NCBI GenBank assembly: GCA_001949185.1 | Contig: BDGG01000009.1 | Coordinates: 1,839,874 to 1,903,873 of the forward strand | Origin: Ramazzottius varieornatus | Taxonomy: Eukaryota; Animalia; Tardigrada | DNA length: 64,000 nucleotides | Reading direction: 5' to 3' | Shown here: piece after piece, positions 61,095 through 64,000 of the stretch | How the letters are laid out: every line of letters starts with the position of its first letter | Position numbering within the stretch: the first letter of the stretch is position 1 | Made by a program: the position numbers and the translations under genes | The notes under the pieces: generated by a model | Told to the model about the DNA's origin: nothing | Seen by the model: the letters and a program-made list of their open reading frames with translations, nothing else | Databases searched by the model: none

Positions 61095-63843
61095 ATGACG
61101 AGGGGCAAGGTGTACTGCCGGTCGTTTACGTGGACAGTGTGTGTTTGTGTCGCTCTACTGACATCCAAGGTACGAAGAAGGTTCCAAGCAGAGTATAATA
61201 TTTACGGATAATACGTGATGTAATTGCTTTGGGGTTGTCATTTCACAGGCGTGTGGTGATGCTGCTATACTGAACATCAGCTACATAACCGAAAGCCAGA
61301 ATGCCGGCAGCAGACAGTATGTCTCCTATTGTGCAGCCTTCAATCCGGAATTGTCGTCATTGCCCGCAGCCACGACTAGGACAGCGGTTAATTATCTTAC
61401 ATAACATTCTCACATGTGTTTGGATACTCTCTACACCTGCCTACGTAAGCTTGCCTACTTGTTTACGTAAGCTTTCTTTGTAGGAGTGGAAGAAGCTTGA
61501 ATGGGATGGTGACAAAGATCTGTGCGATGATTACGGTCGAGAGTCCCGCCTCACACCGGGCGCGGTTCTTGCAGTCTCACGTCGAAACTGCAGTGCCTAC
61601 GATCAAGGCATGCAGGCTGAGAAAATGCAGGCTTCTGGCCTCATCATTGCCAGCCACAAAATGGTAAGCTGTTCGAGCATGATATCACGCGTGGCCAATT
61701 CTTGGCAGCTACCCGATATCACATAAGCTTGAATGGGAGCTCGGCAAAGGAAACTCGACAAGATTGTTTGCCCGAGTGGCGCACGCTTCTAGCCAAAATA
61801 ACTGAAAAGGGTGCGCCACCTTTTCAGAAGACGATTTTGTTTGCTTGCAATCATTGCCGAGCTCGGATTGACTGCCCGGAAGGGATTCTTACGAATGCGG
61901 GAGAAAATTCGCTCTGATGAAAGATGCATCTCTTTTGTAGTTCTTCCCCGGACAGCCTAACATAACATGGAAACATCCTTCCACTTTCCCCATACTGATA
62001 TTGAAGATGACAGACATGGCTCGCATCGAAGAACTACCCTTCAGAGAAAGCTGGTTGATATCGATGCAGGCACTGGTGGACACGTACGTTGTCGATGGAA
62101 GTGGCATCATTCTGATCCTGATGGCTGTGATCGTGATAGCGGTCGGCTCGTACCGATCTGGGCAACACCAGTAAGTACATAAGAAGGGCCAATGTTATAC
62201 TCCCAAGTGCTGTTTGGGCTGTTGCAGGTACTCGACCATACGCAACACCCATTTCGGCTTTGTGAATGCGGTGGAAGGCGGAAATGTCGTCAGTCCCTCC
62301 AACAAACCGGTTGAAGGAGCACAGGGCGCATCAGTCCACTTTGGTCCCGGCGCCGCCATTGTCTTCGCCATCTTCATGACCGGACTGCTTGTGTGTAATT
62401 CCTGGATTACTTCCCTCTGACCACACTCCTCAAAGTTTTCTGTTACAGGTACTGATGTATTTCTTCTATGATTTTCTCGGTAAGTCGTCCCTTATAGAAT
62501 CAGCACGTCGATTAAACAGTTTGGCATAAAATTCCTGATAACTCCTTACTTCCAGTGTACCTCTTCATTGCGCTGTTCGCCATTGGAGCCACTTCCGGCA
62601 TGTTCGAATGTTTCCGACCGATCCTGCAGTGGACTGAAGCCGGCCTGTGCCGGTAAGCTAATCTCCTCTGTTTCGTCAGGCTTTGTTGGTTTCATAAACC
62701 AGTATCTGTAAAAACTGGGAGCCCGACAAACGAAATGACTGTACGGGTACACTGTTGGCCTCTAAAGTGGCGCACTATCTCGTTGTCGCTGGCTGGAAAG
62801 GCGCGCCACTTTGACCGTTTGTTGGTGGCTTTTCAGTTATGTAACTCTTCCCTGTGACACTTGCAGAATTCCTCTTGGCACGGGGTTCGTCGGAAACTGT
62901 TGTGGAGGTTACTTGGATATACGTGCAGTACTCCTCTTGTTGATCAGCGCCGGTCTGTCTGTCTTTTGGGTCATTTCCCGCAACCAACCCTACGGTTGGA
63001 TTCTACTGGATATCCTCGGTAGCTTCCTGCTGATTAGCGTCCTTATTGGCATTTTGTTACCTAGTCTGAAAGCATGTACCATATTTCTGTGCTTGCTCTT
63101 CATCTACGACGTGTTTTTCGTCTTCATCACACCGTTCTTCACGAAGGATGGGCAAAGTGTTATGATCCAGGTCGCCACTGGTGGTTACGACCCCACACGG
63201 GATTCCGGTGGTGGTCAGAGGGAAGTCATCCCTGCCGCCTTCAAGATACCCCACATTCCTACCGGTGCGCTGTGTGAGAACCTGTTTGAGGATGCCAGTT
63301 ACTCCTTACTGGGCTTTGGTGATGTGATGGTTCCCGGCTTCCTCATCTCTTTTCTGCGTGGCTTCGAGCTCGTCTTGGGCATTCGCCCGGTCTATTCTGT
63401 CTCCGCATGCATAGGTAAGGTCTCATTCCGGATAATGCTTCCGTGTTCGCACCTTCCCAAGTTTTATTTCTGTCCTTTCCTCCTAGCATACTTCGTCAGT
63501 CTGATCGCTACTACCGCTGCCCTCATCTTTATGCGCACCGGTCAACCCGCCCTCTTGTATATTGTACCCATCCTTTTACTGACGATATACTTCATCGCCT
63601 GGAGAAGAAGAGAAATGTCTTTATTGTGGAGAGGAAATCTGGTATGTGTTGTGAAGACTTTGAAAACACACCTTCCGGAGTCTGACGTTTGACTGGTGCT
63701 GTTTTTAGACACAACTGTATGTGGAGCGTCAAAGAAGCTACGGGTCGGAAGTTCTATCCGACACAGAGAATGCGCCGCCAGCTTCACTTCCGGTAGCTAT
63801 CGTACCAAGCAGCACAACAAATAGTGACGCAGAAGTAATTTGA
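61095..63843 (+). CDS. SPPL2: Signal peptide peptidase-like 2 (PA domain plus GxGD aspartyl protease)
   Basis: Signal peptide, PA-domain VSRRNCSAYDQG, IYDVFFVFITP, LGFGDVMVPG, QPALLY; stop 63841-63843. Confidence 0.92.
61736..61864. repeat. Near full-length intronic palindrome copy showing the outer arms (SPPL2)
   Basis: GGGAGCTCGGCAA..AAACTCGACAAGATTGTTTGCCCGAGTGGCGCA-N28-TGCGCCACC..TTGCCGAGCTC. Confidence 0.85.
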
Positions 63844-64000
63844 TTGACAATCCTTTCTGCTTTACACTACAATAACAATTTTGTCTTGAGCACTTTTCGG
63901 TTTCCATTTGTAGATACAGTACTGCTTCAGATGTTAGTATTTCCTTGTCATATTTTGCCTTTATTGTGCCGCGTTGTTTCTTGCACTACCCTGAGAGTAG

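Larger units (their letters stand above)
382..62811. repeat. Dispersed intronic palindromic repeat family, core AAGTGGCGCA-N27-TGCGCCACTT (~36 copies; coordinates span first to last copy)
   Basis: Approximate core starts: 382, 2494, 2575, 8597, 9700, 12351, 13397, 13852, 14769, 14848, 15556, 17738, 18938, 19022, 20360, 20442, 23614, 24156, 25497, 27883, 29539, 38880, 41060, 42839, 43964, 46311, 48061, 51970, 54019, 54490, 55255, 56610, 57441, 57503, 61774, 62765. All fall between the splice sites of host genes. Confidence 0.92.

Noticed and set aside
382-62811. CRISPR array or integron attC interpretation of the repeat-spacer-repeat units
   Set aside because: The arms are inverted, the copies are dispersed in eukaryotic introns, the spacers are related to each other, and there is no cas or integrase gene.

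Overview
This is eukaryotic (animal) genomic DNA from a very compact, intron-rich genome. Most introns are about 50-80 nt and GT-AG. A small invertebrate such as a tardigrade is my inference only. I can reconstruct 16 spliced genes: MUS81 (5' truncated), NCBP2, a CFAP58-like coiled-coil gene, a NuMA/Mud-like gene, two SLC35F-like transporters, ANAPC5, POLRMT, CLYBL, a myelin-type CNPase, TXNDC15, SDHD, PHYHD1, SSRP1, EIF3A and SPPL2. Most are arranged head-to-head or tail-to-tail. The intergenic and promoter intervals hold DNA transposons: a 5.1-kb decayed Mutator (MULE) with a 9-bp TSD, several hAT elements with 8-bp TSDs, a TGT..ACA long-TIR element, and foldback elements. The most striking signal is a ~120-130-bp palindromic element with core AAGTGGCGCA-N27-TGCGCCACTT. 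I count about 36 copies by eye. All lie in introns, all 16 genes carry at least one, and I saw none in intergenic DNA or in the MULE. The inner arms and spacer length are better conserved than the spacer sequence or the termini. Exon boundaries were read by eye, and some gene ends are approximate.
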